This document shows positions 27,113-37,199 of a stretch of 58,505 nt of DNA, piece by piece (the stretch's first letter is position 1; the number at the start of each line of letters is the position of its first letter). The DNA lies in NCBI GenBank assembly GCA_000992345.1, contig LBUA01000002.1, positions 5,557 through 64,061 of the forward strand, in the 5' to 3' direction. Source of the DNA: Parcubacteria group bacterium GW2011_GWD2_38_12 (GTDB lineage: Bacteria > Patescibacteriota > Minisyncoccia > GWC2-36-17). The position numbers were made by a program, and so were the translations under genes. Below the pieces are notes generated by a model. It did not search any database. It saw nothing but the letters and a program-made list of their open reading frames with translations, and was not told the DNA's origin.

Positions 27113-27742
27113 TTATTGCCTATTTTTAATCGCATGAGTTAGTGTCTCGTGATCAGCATATTCAACATCAGCGCCACGTTGGAGTCCGCGGGCTAGGCGA
27201 GTGATTTTGATGTTCGGATTTTTTAATTCTCTTGAGATAAATGACGCGGTGGCATCTCCTTCGGGAGTGGGATTTAACGCTAGGATTAGTTCTATATTTT
27301 TTCCAGTCGATTTTTCCAGTCGATTTTTTAAATTTTTAAGAATGAAATTTTCCGATTCTTCAGTTAGAGTATAGATATTTCCTCCTAAAATATGATAAGT
27401 GCCGTCGTAGTGTCCGGTTTTTTCTATCGCCAGGATATCCGCCTCTTTTTCTACGATACAGATAATATTTTGATTTCTTTTGGGGTCGGAGCAAAATTGG
27501 CAAATTTTATTTTCCTTGCCGTTTTTCTTATCCTGAACTGAATTAAAGGAATCAAAAATGAAAAAACAATTCGGGCAAATTTTTATTTCGTTTTTTAATC
27601 TGGCAAGTTCATTTATAAAATCTGTGAATTGGTCATTTGGCTGACGCAGAAGATGAAAAACAAACCGGGTCGCCTGACGCGAACCGATACTGGGGAATTT
27701 AGTAAAATGTTTTATTAGATTTTGGAATTGGCGGGGAAGCAA
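27113..27742 (-). CDS. recR: recombination protein RecR (TTG start)
   Basis: HhH motif FPSIGSRQATRFVFHLL, a Cys4 zinc finger (CPNC...CQFC) and a Toprim region ICIVEKEADILAIE. Confidence 0.9.
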   Translation of the reverse strand: MLPRQFQNLIKHFTKFPSIGSRQATRFVFHLLRQPNDQFTDFINELARLKNEIKICPNCFFIFDSFNSVQDKKNGKENKICQFCSDPKRNQNIICIVEKEADILAIEKTGHYDGTYHILGGNIYTLTEESENFILKNLKNRLEKSTGKNIELILALNPTPEGDATASFISRELKNPNIKITRLARGLQRGADVEYADHETLTHAIKNRQ

Positions 27743-27760
27743 TGTTCATGAAGCATGAAG

Positions 27761-27788
27761 CATGAAGTCCGCCGCGGCGGATTACATG
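27761..27788. repeat. GC-clamped palindromic element, copy 1
   Basis: catgaag-tccgccgcggcgga-ttacatg, preceded by (catgaag)x3 and located between recR and dnaB. Confidence 0.8.
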
Positions 27789-27804
27789 TTTCATGTTTTG
27801 TGTT

Positions 27805-29196
27805 TTAGAATTCTATTTCTATTCCCGATTCCGTTGTCGGTTCACTGCCCGCATAGTTATCCGTAATATCATTGAATGTCGCGCATTGGTCATTGAAATA
27901 CAGATTCACTTTGCCCACTGGTCCATTTCTGTGTTTGGCAATAATAATTTGAGCTTCACTTTTCTTTTTATTGGGATTATCCCTCTCCTCTTCACGATAG
28001 ATGAATAGCACGAGGTCGGCATCCTGTTCAATAGAGCCGGAGTCGCGAAGATCGGAAAGTCGCGGGATTTTTGACGGTCTTTGCTCAACGGCTCGGGAAA
28101 GTTGGGATAAAGCAATGACGGGTACATTTAATTCCTTGGCAAGGGCTTTGAGCGAGCGGGATATTTCCGTGATTTGTTGGACTGGATTGTCGGAATTTCC
28201 GCGGGGCTTTATTAATTGCAGATAATCAACAATAATAAGTCCCAATCCGTGCTCGGCTTGCAGGCGTCTGGCCATTGTTTTCATTTGGAGGACATCCGGA
28301 GAAGCGGCATCATCTATAAATATCTTTGCTTTGGATAATTTATCTAAAGAGTCTCTAATACGGGCAAAATCGTTATATTCTCCGGTCAGGTCAAAATTGC
28401 CGGTTCGTAATCTCCATAAATCAACTTTTGCTTCGGAGGCGATTAAGCGGTCTACGACTTGGTCTTTGGACATTTCCAATGAAAATATGCCGACAGGGAT
28501 ATCATTTTTAAGAGCCGCATTTTTTGCGATATTGAGCGCTAAAGAAGTTTTTCCAAGCGACGGGCGAGCGGCAAGAATGATGAGGTCGGACGGTTGGAGT
28601 CCGGCAAGATGATTGTCCAGCTTTTGAAATCCAGTCAGCACTCCGCGAGCAACTTCGCCTTTATGTCGCATTTCTATCCTTTCCCATGCTTCAGTTAGAG
28701 CGTTTTTAATCGGTATGAATTCTTGTCTTAATGATTCTTGGGATATGCCAAAAATTTTTTGTTCAATATTGTCTAACAATGAATCAATGTCATTTGTTTC
28801 ATTATGGGACATTTCTGCGATATCGTATGACGCGCTCATTAAATCGCGAAGTATTCTTTTCTTCTGGATAATTTTGGCGTGATTAACTATGAATCCCGCG
28901 CTGGAGACGGAATTTATCAGTGCCGTGAGGTAGCTTGATCCCCCGATATCTTTGAGGAGTTTTTTTTCTTTTAATCTGTTGGAAATGCTTAAAATGTCAA
29001 TGGGTTCGGATTTTTGATAAAGCTCCAGCATTATGTCGTATATCATTTGGTGATTTCTGTTGTAAAAATCCTTAACTTGCAAAAAATCCACGATTTTAAG
29101 CATCGCATCTTTATCCATCAAAAGAGAGCCTAGAACATGCTGTTCGGCTTCTTCGTTGTGAGGCGGGAGATATGAGGGATCTAATTTTTTATTCAT
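27805..29196 (-). CDS. dnaB: replicative DNA helicase DnaB
   Basis: N-terminal PPHNEEAEQHVLGSLL, Walker A ARPSLGKTSLALN, Walker B LIIVDYLQL and SQLSRAVEQR. Confidence 0.96.
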   Translation of the reverse strand: MNKKLDPSYLPPHNEEAEQHVLGSLLMDKDAMLKIVDFLQVKDFYNRNHQMIYDIMLELYQKSEPIDILSISNRLKEKKLLKDIGGSSYLTALINSVSSAGFIVNHAKIIQKKRILRDLMSASYDIAEMSHNETNDIDSLLDNIEQKIFGISQESLRQEFIPIKNALTEAWERIEMRHKGEVARGVLTGFQKLDNHLAGLQPSDLIILAARPSLGKTSLALNIAKNAALKNDIPVGIFSLEMSKDQVVDRLIASEAKVDLWRLRTGNFDLTGEYNDFARIRDSLDKLSKAKIFIDDAASPDVLQMKTMARRLQAEHGLGLIIVDYLQLIKPRGNSDNPVQQITEISRSLKALAKELNVPVIALSQLSRAVEQRPSKIPRLSDLRDSGSIEQDADLVLFIYREEERDNPNKKKSEAQIIIAKHRNGPVGKVNLYFNDQCATFNDITDNYAGSEPTTESGIEIEF

Positions 29197-29358
29197 GGTA
29201 ATTTAAAGATAATGATAGTATACACATTATAGATTCTTTTGAAAGATGGGAATGGGTGGCTATTTGCTGTTTTTGTTGATATATTGTGCATATAAAATTA
29301 GCCTTACCGGCATATGTGCCGGTAAGGCTTTTAAATTTGCCATTATTTTCAATAATGT

Positions 29359-30270
29359 TTAGAATATCTTTCTTCTTTTAAAGAATAAATAGACCGCCAT
29401 TAGAAGACTTGCGGATATTGCAATAATTATAAGAAAACCCTGCGGATGATTTTGAAGCGGGATATTTACATTCATGCCAAAGATTCCGACTATTATTGAA
29501 ACGGGCAAAAGCAGGGCGGTAAAAATAGTCAGTATTTTTATTGTTTCATTTAATTTTGACGTAAATAATGTGGCATTGGTGGATTCCAGCGATTCCAAAA
29601 GTTCTTTGTAGCTGTCCAGCGTGTCCCAAATGCGCAGATGATGGCCCAAAAGGTCATTATAAAAAGGTAGATATTCACTGCTGTTAAAAAATTTATTTAT
29701 TGTCAGATACAGTGATTCCAGGATTTGTTTTTGCGGTTTGATTGCTCTCCGAAAATCAAGGATATTTCTTTTGAGAATTGATATTTCTTTTATCATTTCT
29801 TTTTCCAAGCCAAGGAAAATAGCTCTTTCTGCTTTGTCCATATTTTCCGAGATACTGTCCAATTGCAGAGAACATGTATTTAACAGCTCATCCAGGATAA
29901 AATACAACAGCTTTGCCGATCCGTTTCCCAGATGCCTTTCCCTCTCTTCTAAATAGATATTGCATTTGTCAAAAATTGCCTTAAGCGGTATTAAAATTTC
30001 TTTATGCGAGGTAATAATGTGCGATTTGGTAACTAAAATATCAAGCTCCTGCGAGCGGGTTATCCTCTTTTCTTTATTGAAAGATGGAAAGTGAAGGACA
30101 ATGTAAAAATAATCATCATAAGCATCAACCTTTGTTCTTATCGTGTCGGGGATGAGTTCGTTTAAGACAACATCATGGAATTTGAAGTTTTGCCCTAAAT
30201 AATCAATGTCGCTTTTAGACGGTTTTTCAATGTCTATCCAAGCCGTCTTTTTATTTGTTATAATATTCAT
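29359..30270 (-). CDS. corA: CorA-family magnesium/cobalt transporter
   Basis: Two C-terminal TM helices with the GMN signature (IFGMNV). Confidence 0.88.
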   Translation of the reverse strand: MNIITNKKTAWIDIEKPSKSDIDYLGQNFKFHDVVLNELIPDTIRTKVDAYDDYFYIVLHFPSFNKEKRITRSQELDILVTKSHIITSHKEILIPLKAIFDKCNIYLEERERHLGNGSAKLLYFILDELLNTCSLQLDSISENMDKAERAIFLGLEKEMIKEISILKRNILDFRRAIKPQKQILESLYLTINKFFNSSEYLPFYNDLLGHHLRIWDTLDSYKELLESLESTNATLFTSKLNETIKILTIFTALLLPVSIIVGIFGMNVNIPLQNHPQGFLIIIAISASLLMAVYLFFKRRKIF

Positions 30271-30377
30271 AAATATACACAGGGCATAATATATAATATC
30301 ATAGACGCACTACTCAAAAATCTTTATACAGTATATAATATATTTAAGAAGACGTCACTTAAAAAAGCTAAAAGTAT

Positions 30378-30692
30378 ATGGAGCAAAATAAAAAAATCTT
30401 AATAGGCGTTATTATTGCAATAATAGTGATAATCTGCGGTTATTTCGGATATAATTATTATTTTAAAAAAGAGGCTGGAGAGCCGCCAGTTTCAGAAATA
30501 CTAACAGCGCAAGAGACAGAAAGAGAGAGCATTTTAAAATCGCTTACTGCGCCTGAGGGAAAAACCGAATTCACAGAAGAGGACTTGATGATTTTGAAAA
30601 ATTTATCAGCTCCACTTAAGCCAAAAACAACCAGTAATATAACCGATGAGGAAAGACAAAGAATCCTGGAATCATTATCCGCGCCGAAATAA
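30378..30692 (+). CDS. membrane-anchored hypothetical protein with triple ILxSL(S/T)AP motif
   Basis: N-terminal TM helix, then three repeats: ILKSLTAPEG, ILKNLSAPLK and ILESLSAPK. Confidence 0.5.
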   Translation: MEQNKKILIGVIIAIIVIICGYFGYNYYFKKEAGEPPVSEILTAQETERESILKSLTAPEGKTEFTEEDLMILKNLSAPLKPKTTSNITDEERQRILESLSAPK

Positions 30693-30764
30693 TTTAAAAC
30701 CTAAAACTTGAAGCCTTGAAGATTGAAGACTCAAATTTCAAGCCCCAAGGTTTAAGATATAAAT

Positions 30765-31829
30765 ATGCTCAAAGATTCTCTCAAAACCACAACTCTTTCT
30801 TTAATAATCTTATCTCTTATAGGAGTTGTTTATGCCTGGACCGAGCCAACTCAAACTCCTCCCGATGGAAACACAGAAGCTCCCTTAACCACTTCTTCTA
30901 TAGCCCAGACCAAGGTTGGAGGACTTTGGTTAAATACCGGCGGAGCGGAAGTAGGCCTAATAGTAGAAAAAGGTAAAGTGGGTATTGGGACTATCAGCCC
31001 AAGTCAGTCTCTGGACGTATCTGGACAAATTCACTCCAGCGGGGATATTTGTACTGATGTGGGAGGCGGGTCTTGTTTAAGTAGCTTGGTCGCTGATAGT
31101 GCTGGAGAAACGATAATTCACGGAACGATTAATGCTAACGGTACTAAAAAATACGGAACGGGTTTTAGTTCAACCTACAATAAATTAGGTGAAATATACA
31201 CATATACAATTACTTTTACCAATCCCTTCGTAACCGTTCCATCTATTACTGCTTTATCTACTACTGGGATTACCTCCGAAATAGGAGAATCTGTACCAAT
31301 TATTCCTGCTTTAGTAAGTAAGGACGGCAATGGTTTTAAGATTAGATTATATACAGGAGAATCACGTTTTAGTATTCCTGAGACCACTTTAGCTGAGTGG
31401 AATTTTCAAGCTGTTGGGTCGCAAGCTAATTTGGGTCCAGTTGTTGATATTATTACTGACATTACTCTCTTTGGTCCTTCCGGCTATGGCGGAGGTCTTT
31501 CCCCATCGCCTTTTGGCGTCCATTTAAATCATGGCTCTTACCAATCGGAAGGCGCTACTACTTGGAAGGAATTCACGCTCCCAGCCCCTTATTCTGATTT
31601 TTCCGGTCGTGTGTATTTTGAGGGTAGGGGCAGTGAAACTCAAATATATCTTAAATCAAAGCTTTCTTCGCCAACGCAAATTTATTACGCAGGTAATAAT
31701 CAAACAGCGCAAGGTTCGGGGTCTATTTTAATCCAAAACGGCAAGTATCAGGTCGGCGCCTTTGAAACCGATCCGGATACCTGGAGCATTACTTATTTAA
31801 AGATGACTCAATATCAAGCGTTTCAATAA
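30765..31829 (+). CDS. secreted/surface hypothetical protein (tail-fibre-like N-terminal motif)
   Basis: TM or signal segment, then AWTEPTQTPPDGN, then KVGIGTISPSQSLDVSG (the IGT..P...LDV.G motif common in fibre-like proteins). The central region is possibly lectin-like. Confidence 0.55.
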   Translation: MLKDSLKTTTLSLIILSLIGVVYAWTEPTQTPPDGNTEAPLTTSSIAQTKVGGLWLNTGGAEVGLIVEKGKVGIGTISPSQSLDVSGQIHSSGDICTDVGGGSCLSSLVADSAGETIIHGTINANGTKKYGTGFSSTYNKLGEIYTYTITFTNPFVTVPSITALSTTGITSEIGESVPIIPALVSKDGNGFKIRLYTGESRFSIPETTLAEWNFQAVGSQANLGPVVDIITDITLFGPSGYGGGLSPSPFGVHLNHGSYQSEGATTWKEFTLPAPYSDFSGRVYFEGRGSETQIYLKSKLSSPTQIYYAGNNQTAQGSGSILIQNGKYQVGAFETDPDTWSITYLKMTQYQAFQ

Positions 31830-31930
31830 AGAAATGTTTTTTGAAGTTGACAACTGACAAATAATAGTCAACAATTAGCAAAATAATAAGATAAACAGAT
31901 CCTTTAAAATTCAAAAAGGAGGACAAGCAA

Positions 31931-32419
31931 ATGTTCGGACTGATATTGGCCGGCGTATTATTTGTATTAATGGTTGTTTTTTCTAATATCCCCATTGAGG
32001 GAATAGTGATAATATCGTCATCACTGCTTTTTGTGTGGTATTTAGTTTCATCTATTCCCAGGATTCTTTTTGCTCTGTTTGTTCTGGGAATGATGATTTT
32101 CGGAGGAAGTTTTATAGCCGCAAAAACAATTTCAAAAACCCCCTTGGCTGGATTATTGGGACTCGGATCACTATTGGCGATCGGAGGGGGAATCAGCGCG
32201 ATAGCCGCAATTCGTATTTTGGCGCCAAACATTTTTCTGATTAGCGGAGCGTATCTTGTAAGCATAGGAATAGATGTGGACCCGTTTAGTCTTGGCCCGT
32301 CATATGAATATGAATATGCGCGTCTGATAATCGGCGCCATTTTCATATTGGCAGGCATCCTACTGAAGCAAAGGACGAAATTAATTGTTACTCCCAGAAA
32401 ATACAGCATAGAAATATAA
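31931..32419 (+). CDS. polytopic membrane protein, hypothetical
   Basis: aaggagg lies 8 nt upstream. Four to five hydrophobic segments. A terminator follows at 32431-32458. Confidence 0.55.
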   Translation: MFGLILAGVLFVLMVVFSNIPIEGIVIISSSLLFVWYLVSSIPRILFALFVLGMMIFGGSFIAAKTISKTPLAGLLGLGSLLAIGGGISAIAAIRILAPNIFLISGAYLVSIGIDVDPFSLGPSYEYEYARLIIGAIFILAGILLKQRTKLIVTPRKYSIEI

Positions 32420-32430
32420 GATAAAATTTA

Positions 32431-32458
32431 AAAAACTGAGCCCAGGGGCTCAGTTTTT
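32431..32458 (+). terminator. rho-independent terminator
   Basis: aaaaactgagccc-ag-gggctcagttttt. Confidence 0.75.
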
Positions 32459-32544
32459 ATGTTTTTTGACTGCGGAAAACAATAAATCAATAAATCTTTT
32501 GCGTCTCTCAATGATGAATTTTTAATGCGCGCGCAATGTAAAGC

Positions 32545-32582
32545 TTAGCACTCTTGACACGAGACTGCTAAATTCATATTAT
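32545..32582 (+). promoter_or_regulatory. CIRCE operator overlapping hrcA operon promoter
   Basis: TTAGCACTC-ttgacacga-GACTGCTAA, with one mismatch in the right arm. TTGACA (32554-32559) lies inside the spacer, followed by a 17-nt gap and TATTAT (32577-32582). Confidence 0.75.
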
Positions 32583-32678
32583 GGATAGTAATAATTCAGG
32601 ATGGTCTGGTTTTTGGCTTTGCTTTTTTATTTGCCAGCTTGGCGGCTAAAAGCTAAAAGCCAAAATCTAAAATCTAAT

Positions 32679-33395
32679 TTGCTGACAGAAAGACAAACTA
32701 AAATTTTATATTCTGCCGTCCAGGAGTATATCAAGACTGCCAAGCCGATAGCTTCGGTTTCACTTGTGAAAAAATGCAAGCTCGGATTCAGTCCTGCCAC
32801 TATTCGCAATGAATTTGCAGAGCTTGAGGATAGGGGATTTTTAGAACAACCGCATACTTCAGGAGGTAGAGTGCCGACAAGCAAGGCTTACAGATATTTC
32901 GTTGACGGATTGCTTTTAAGTATTAAAAAAGAGCGCCAGAAATTGGACAATCTTGAGAAGATGGTGAAACTATTTGTTAATTCCGAGCATTTTAATCGTC
33001 GCCTCGTAAAATCTCTGGCGAATGCTTCAAATAATATGGCAATGGGGTGGATAAATAATGATGCTGACGACGAATTTCATTTTGCGGGAATTAAAAATTT
33101 GCTTCGCGCGCCGGAATTTGAAAGTATTGAATACTCGGCAAAGGTGGGAGATATTTTGGACAGAATTGATGATGAGATTGAAGATTTCGTTAGGGAAGAA
33201 AAGGATTTTAGTGAGAATGCAAAGATTTATATCGGTAATGAAATGCCAATCCGCGGAGCGAAAGATTTTAGTTTGATAATTTCATCAATTCCGTCGCGTT
33301 GGGGAGATTTGCGCATCGCGATTTTCGGCCCGCAGAGGATGGACTATGAACGTAATTTACAATTATTAAATTCGGTTAAGAGATTATTGGAGTAA
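32679..33395 (+). CDS. hrcA: heat-inducible transcription repressor HrcA (short form); start placed at TTG 32679, ORF-track ATG at 32601 possible
   Basis: (M)LTERQTKILYSAVQEYIKTAKPIASVSLV...TIRNEFAELEDRGFLEQPHTSGGRVPT matches the HrcA wHTH N-terminus. The 26 codons upstream are encoded by word-like repeats (gctaaaagctaaaagccaaaatctaaaatc). Confidence 0.8.
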   Translation: MLTERQTKILYSAVQEYIKTAKPIASVSLVKKCKLGFSPATIRNEFAELEDRGFLEQPHTSGGRVPTSKAYRYFVDGLLLSIKKERQKLDNLEKMVKLFVNSEHFNRRLVKSLANASNNMAMGWINNDADDEFHFAGIKNLLRAPEFESIEYSAKVGDILDRIDDEIEDFVREEKDFSENAKIYIGNEMPIRGAKDFSLIISSIPSRWGDLRIAIFGPQRMDYERNLQLLNSVKRLLE

Positions 33396-33400
33396 AACAA

Positions 33401-33505
33401 TTTTTAATTTCTATTAAATTTTCAATTATCCAATTTCTAAACAGTTTGAAAATTAATTCATTAGATATTTAATGAAAAATTAGAAATTAGAAATTGAAAA
33501 TTTTA
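33401..33505. repeat. ~105-bp intergenic direct repeat, copy 1 (hrcA-grpE spacer)
   Basis: Nearly identical to 34001-34104, with one substitution and one 1-nt indel by eye. Confidence 0.9.
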
Positions 33506-33510
33506 AAAGT

Positions 33511-33981
33511 ATGGAAGATCAACAAAATAATTTAGAAAAAGAGTTAATCGAATGCAAACAGAAAGCCGAGGAGTATCTTTTGGGTTGGCAAAGAGAGAGA
33601 GCGGATTTCGTAAATTACAAGAGAGATGAGACGAAAATACAAGAAGAGTCAAGATTTTATATGAAGTCAAAAATTATTTATGAATTTCTAGCGATTTTGG
33701 ATAATTTTGATATGGCATTGAATCATATGCCGGAAGATTTAAAAGATAATAATTGGGTTAAGGGGGTATCGCATATTCGGCAACAATTGGAGATGATTTT
33801 AAGGGGAGAGGGAGCAGAAGAAATAAAATGCATTGGCGATAAATTTGATCCCACATTGCATGAGTCGCTTGAAGATATAGAATCCGACGAAGAATCAGGA
33901 ATAATACTCGAAGAATTACAAAAAGGTTATAAATTGGACGGCCGAGTTATAAGACCGAGCAAGGTAAAGATTAGTAAGTAA
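33511..33981 (+). CDS. grpE: nucleotide exchange factor GrpE
   Basis: LGWQRERADFVNYKRD...ILDNFDMAL...FDPTLHESL...GYKLDGRVIRPSKVKI. Confidence 0.9.
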   Translation: MEDQQNNLEKELIECKQKAEEYLLGWQRERADFVNYKRDETKIQEESRFYMKSKIIYEFLAILDNFDMALNHMPEDLKDNNWVKGVSHIRQQLEMILRGEGAEEIKCIGDKFDPTLHESLEDIESDEESGIILEELQKGYKLDGRVIRPSKVKISK

Positions 33982-34000
33982 AACAATTTCTAATTATCAA

Positions 34001-34104
34001 TTTTTAATTTCTATTAAATTTTCAATTATCCAATTTCTAAACAGTTTAAAAATTAATTCATTAGATATTTAATGAAAATTAGAAATTAGAAATTGAAAAT
34101 TTTT
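34001..34104. repeat. ~105-bp intergenic direct repeat, copy 2 (grpE-dnaK spacer)
   Basis: See 33401-33505. The two copies are exactly 600 nt apart. Confidence 0.9.
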
Positions 34105-34113
34105 AACAAAACT

Positions 34114-36033
34114 ATGAGCAAGATACTTGGAATAGACTTAGGCACCACCAACTCAGCAATAGCAATTGTCGAAGGCGGTGAGGCAAAAATTATTGAAAAT
34201 AAAGAGGGCAACAGAACGACGCCGTCCATAGTTGCCATCTCTAAAAATGGCGACAGATTGGCGGGGTTACTTGCAAAACGCCAAGCGGTCACTAATCCTC
34301 AAAATACTATTTTTTCGGCAAAGCGCTTGATTGGCCGCAGATATTCCGATCCGGAAGTTCAGCGCGACAAAAAACTACTGTCTTATGAGATTCGTGAAGC
34401 ATCAAACGGTGGCGTGGAAATTAAAATGAATGATAAATGGTATACGCCCCAGCAGATTTCCTCAATGGTTTTGCAAAAATTAAAAGCTGATGCCGAAGAA
34501 AAATTGGGCGAAAAAATAGAAGAAGCGATTATCACTGTGCCGGCGTATTTTGATGATTCTCAAAGGCAGGCGACAAAAGACGCGGGAGAAATCGCCGGGC
34601 TTAAAGTAAATAGAATTATCAATGAACCAACGGCCGCGGCATTAGCTTATGGATTGGATAAAAAAAAGGAGGAAAAAATAGTTGTTTATGATTTCGGAGG
34701 CGGAACTTTTGATGTATCAGTTCTAGAAGTGTCGGCAGATACCATTGAAGTACGCGGCACTGGTGGTGATACGCATCTTGGTGGAGATGATTTTGACCAA
34801 AAAATTATAAGATGGTTAATTGATGAATTTAAAAAAGATCAGGGCATTGATCTTTCCAAAGATGTTTTGGCCTTGCAAAGATTAAAAGAAGGCGCTGAGC
34901 GCGCAAAGCACGAACTTTCAAGCACCATTGAAACCGAAATAAATATTCCGTTTATAACTTCCGGCGCGGATGGTCCAAAACATTTTAACTTGAAAATGAC
35001 CAGAGCAAAATTAGAAGAGCTTGTGCGCGATGAGATTGAAAGATCGGTTAAGGAAACGGAAAAAGTAGTCAAAGAAGCGGGTTTTCAATTAACGGAAATT
35101 GATGAAATAGTGCTTGTGGGCGGACAAACCAGAATGCCGGCCATTCAAGAAGTGGTGAAGAAATTATTTAATAAAGAACCACATAAAGGCATTAATCCCG
35201 ACGAGGTGGTGGCCCTTGGCGCGGCGATTCAGGGCGGAATTATGCAAGGATCAGTCCGTGATGTATTATTGCTTGATGTGACACCGCTTTCGCTCGGTAT
35301 TGAGACGCTTGGCGGAGTTTGCACAAAGATTATTGAGAAAAATATAACCATTCCGGTATCCCGTTCCCAGGTGTTTTCCACCGCGGCTGACAATCAACCG
35401 TCTGTAGAAATACACATTTTACAAGGTGAGCGCGAGATGGCGGGGGACAACAAGACACTGGGCAGATTCATTTTGGATGGCATCCCGCCGTCTCCTCGTG
35501 GCGTGCCTCAGGTGGAAGTGACTTTTGACATTGATGCCAATGGCATTTTGAATGTCAAAGCCAAAGATAAGGCGACAAATAAAGAACAATCCGTGAGAAT
35601 AGAATCTTCCTCAGGTCTTTCCAAAGAAGAAATTGAAAAAATGAAACAAGAAGCGGCTGTTCACGCCGATGAAGATAAAAAGAAAAAAGAGGCTGTGGAA
35701 TTGAAAAATAATGCGGAAAATTTGATTTATTCCACAGAAAAAACATTACGTGATTTTGGAGATAAAGTAAGCGCTGATGAGAAAAAAATAATGGAAGAAA
35801 AAATTGAAGCGCTTAAAAAAATTAAAGAAGGACAAGATATAGAAGCTATTAAAAAAGCTATTGAAGATTTAAGTCGCGAAGCGCAAAAGATAGGTGAAGC
35901 GATGTATAAGGCGCAAGGAGAAGCGAATCCGCCAGCTGGGGGAGAAGAGGGACCCGCCTCCGCTAAAGCTTCGGCGGGCGAAGAAAGAGAGGCGAAAGAA
36001 GGAGAAGTGAAAGAGGGAAAGATTGAGGAATAA
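34114..36033 (+). CDS. dnaK: molecular chaperone DnaK
   Basis: [17 protein letters not shown]...[10 protein letters not shown]...[10 protein letters not shown]. The start is set at the conserved Met rather than the ORF-track Met at 34093. Confidence 0.97.
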   Translation: MSKILGIDLGTTNSAIAIVEGGEAKIIENKEGNRTTPSIVAISKNGDRLAGLLAKRQAVTNPQNTIFSAKRLIGRRYSDPEVQRDKKLLSYEIREASNGGVEIKMNDKWYTPQQISSMVLQKLKADAEEKLGEKIEEAIITVPAYFDDSQRQATKDAGEIAGLKVNRIINEPTAAALAYGLDKKKEEKIVVYDFGGGTFDVSVLEVSADTIEVRGTGGDTHLGGDDFDQKIIRWLIDEFKKDQGIDLSKDVLALQRLKEGAERAKHELSSTIETEINIPFITSGADGPKHFNLKMTRAKLEELVRDEIERSVKETEKVVKEAGFQLTEIDEIVLVGGQTRMPAIQEVVKKLFNKEPHKGINPDEVVALGAAIQGGIMQGSVRDVLLLDVTPLSLGIETLGGVCTKIIEKNITIPVSRSQVFSTAADNQPSVEIHILQGEREMAGDNKTLGRFILDGIPPSPRGVPQVEVTFDIDANGILNVKAKDKATNKEQSVRIESSSGLSKEEIEKMKQEAAVHADEDKKKKEAVELKNNAENLIYSTEKTLRDFGDKVSADEKKIMEEKIEALKKIKEGQDIEAIKKAIEDLSREAQKIGEAMYKAQGEANPPAGGEEGPASAKASAGEEREAKEGEVKEGKIEE

Positions 36034-36042
36034 AAATCACGT

Positions 36043-36074
36043 AGCATGAAATCCGCCGCGGCGGATTTCATGCT
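36043..36074. repeat. GC-clamped palindromic element, copy 2 (perfect 32-nt palindrome)
   Basis: agcatgaaatccgccgcggcggatttcatgct, 10 nt after the dnaK stop. Confidence 0.9.
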
Positions 36075-36083
36075 TTATAACGA

Positions 36084-37130
36084 ATGCCATTTTCACGAAA
36101 TACAGCCATTTCCATAATATCTTTTCTTATTGTTTTGACATCGTCTTTTTGGTTCTGGAATTCGCTAAAGGCAATGATTGCAATCGGCGATGTAGGCAGC
36201 AATTTAATGACGCAGGCTATTTTATCCTTTATCATTTTACTTGTTTTTATCGCGCTTAATTTTACAATTTCTCGCAAGCAAATTGGAATTTTGACAACAG
36301 TGATTTTGCCGATAGTTTTTGCGGCATTTTTTATCCGCAATTTCAATGGAGATAAAATTTTATTGATCGCCGCGGGAGTAGGTATTATCTTGTCTTTATC
36401 TACTTATCTTGCGGTTTTTAGGGAAAGATCCCAGCGATTGAAAGTGCGCACATTTAGCGCAAAAACGGACATGAATATGTATTTCTTAATTGCGCTTATG
36501 CTTTTGACAGCGCTACTTTATCAGTATAATTTTTCTAAGGGACAGGTGAGGGTAAGCGAGAGTCAAATCCGATATTTTATGCCATTACTTGAGGGGCAGA
36601 TTAAAGCGCAGGTGCCTTTTTATTCTCCAGAAATGACCACTGATGAATTATTGGTGGTGTCGGCGCTTGCCAGCGGAGAAATAATAATCACCCAAAAAGA
36701 TTTTACCCCGGACTTACAAAAGAAAGTGCAGGCAAAAATGACGGAGAACGCGACAAGCATGGCGCAAGCGCTGCAATATCCGGAGATTCAAAAATTGATT
36801 GTAGATAATTTTGTAAAAAATAATCCTAAAGCAATGGTGAAGTTAAGAAGTGATTATGGCCAGAAATTTGACATTGAAATAAAAAGCGGCCAGAGCCTGG
36901 TAACCACCTTGGCTGACGGCGTAAGTTCATTTCTTGAAAAAATATTATCGCCGTATAAAAATTATCTGCCCATTATACTAGCAGTGGCATTCTTTTTCAG
37001 TTTTAAGGTTGTTGGATTTTTATTTGTTGATATTGCGCTTTTCATTGCCGGAATTATATTTTTTGTTTTAAAGTCCGGCGGAGTTTTAAATATTGCAAAT
37101 AAATCAGTGATACAGGAGACCTTGGAATAA
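36084..37130 (+). CDS. polytopic membrane protein, hypothetical
   Basis: Several TM helices at both ends and a soluble central part. No family recognised. Confidence 0.55.
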   Translation: MPFSRNTAISIISFLIVLTSSFWFWNSLKAMIAIGDVGSNLMTQAILSFIILLVFIALNFTISRKQIGILTTVILPIVFAAFFIRNFNGDKILLIAAGVGIILSLSTYLAVFRERSQRLKVRTFSAKTDMNMYFLIALMLLTALLYQYNFSKGQVRVSESQIRYFMPLLEGQIKAQVPFYSPEMTTDELLVVSALASGEIIITQKDFTPDLQKKVQAKMTENATSMAQALQYPEIQKLIVDNFVKNNPKAMVKLRSDYGQKFDIEIKSGQSLVTTLADGVSSFLEKILSPYKNYLPIILAVAFFFSFKVVGFLFVDIALFIAGIIFFVLKSGGVLNIANKSVIQETLE

Positions 37131-37145
37131 CTCATGAAGCACATA

Positions 37146-37175
37146 ATATGAAATCCGCCGCGGCGGATTTCATAT
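37146..37175. repeat. GC-clamped palindromic element, copy 3 (perfect 30-nt palindrome)
   Basis: atatgaaatccgccgcggcggatttcatat followed by tacatgtttcatgtt, the same right flank as copy 1. Confidence 0.9.
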
Positions 37176-37199
37176 TACATGTTTCATGTTGCGAGAGTT

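Noticed and set aside
31789-32409. 206-aa minus-strand ORF competing with the plus-strand 31931-32419 membrane protein
   Set aside because: The plus-strand ORF has aaggagg at the correct spacing and is followed by a plus-oriented terminator. The minus ORF would run into the stop region of the upstream gene, with no signals.
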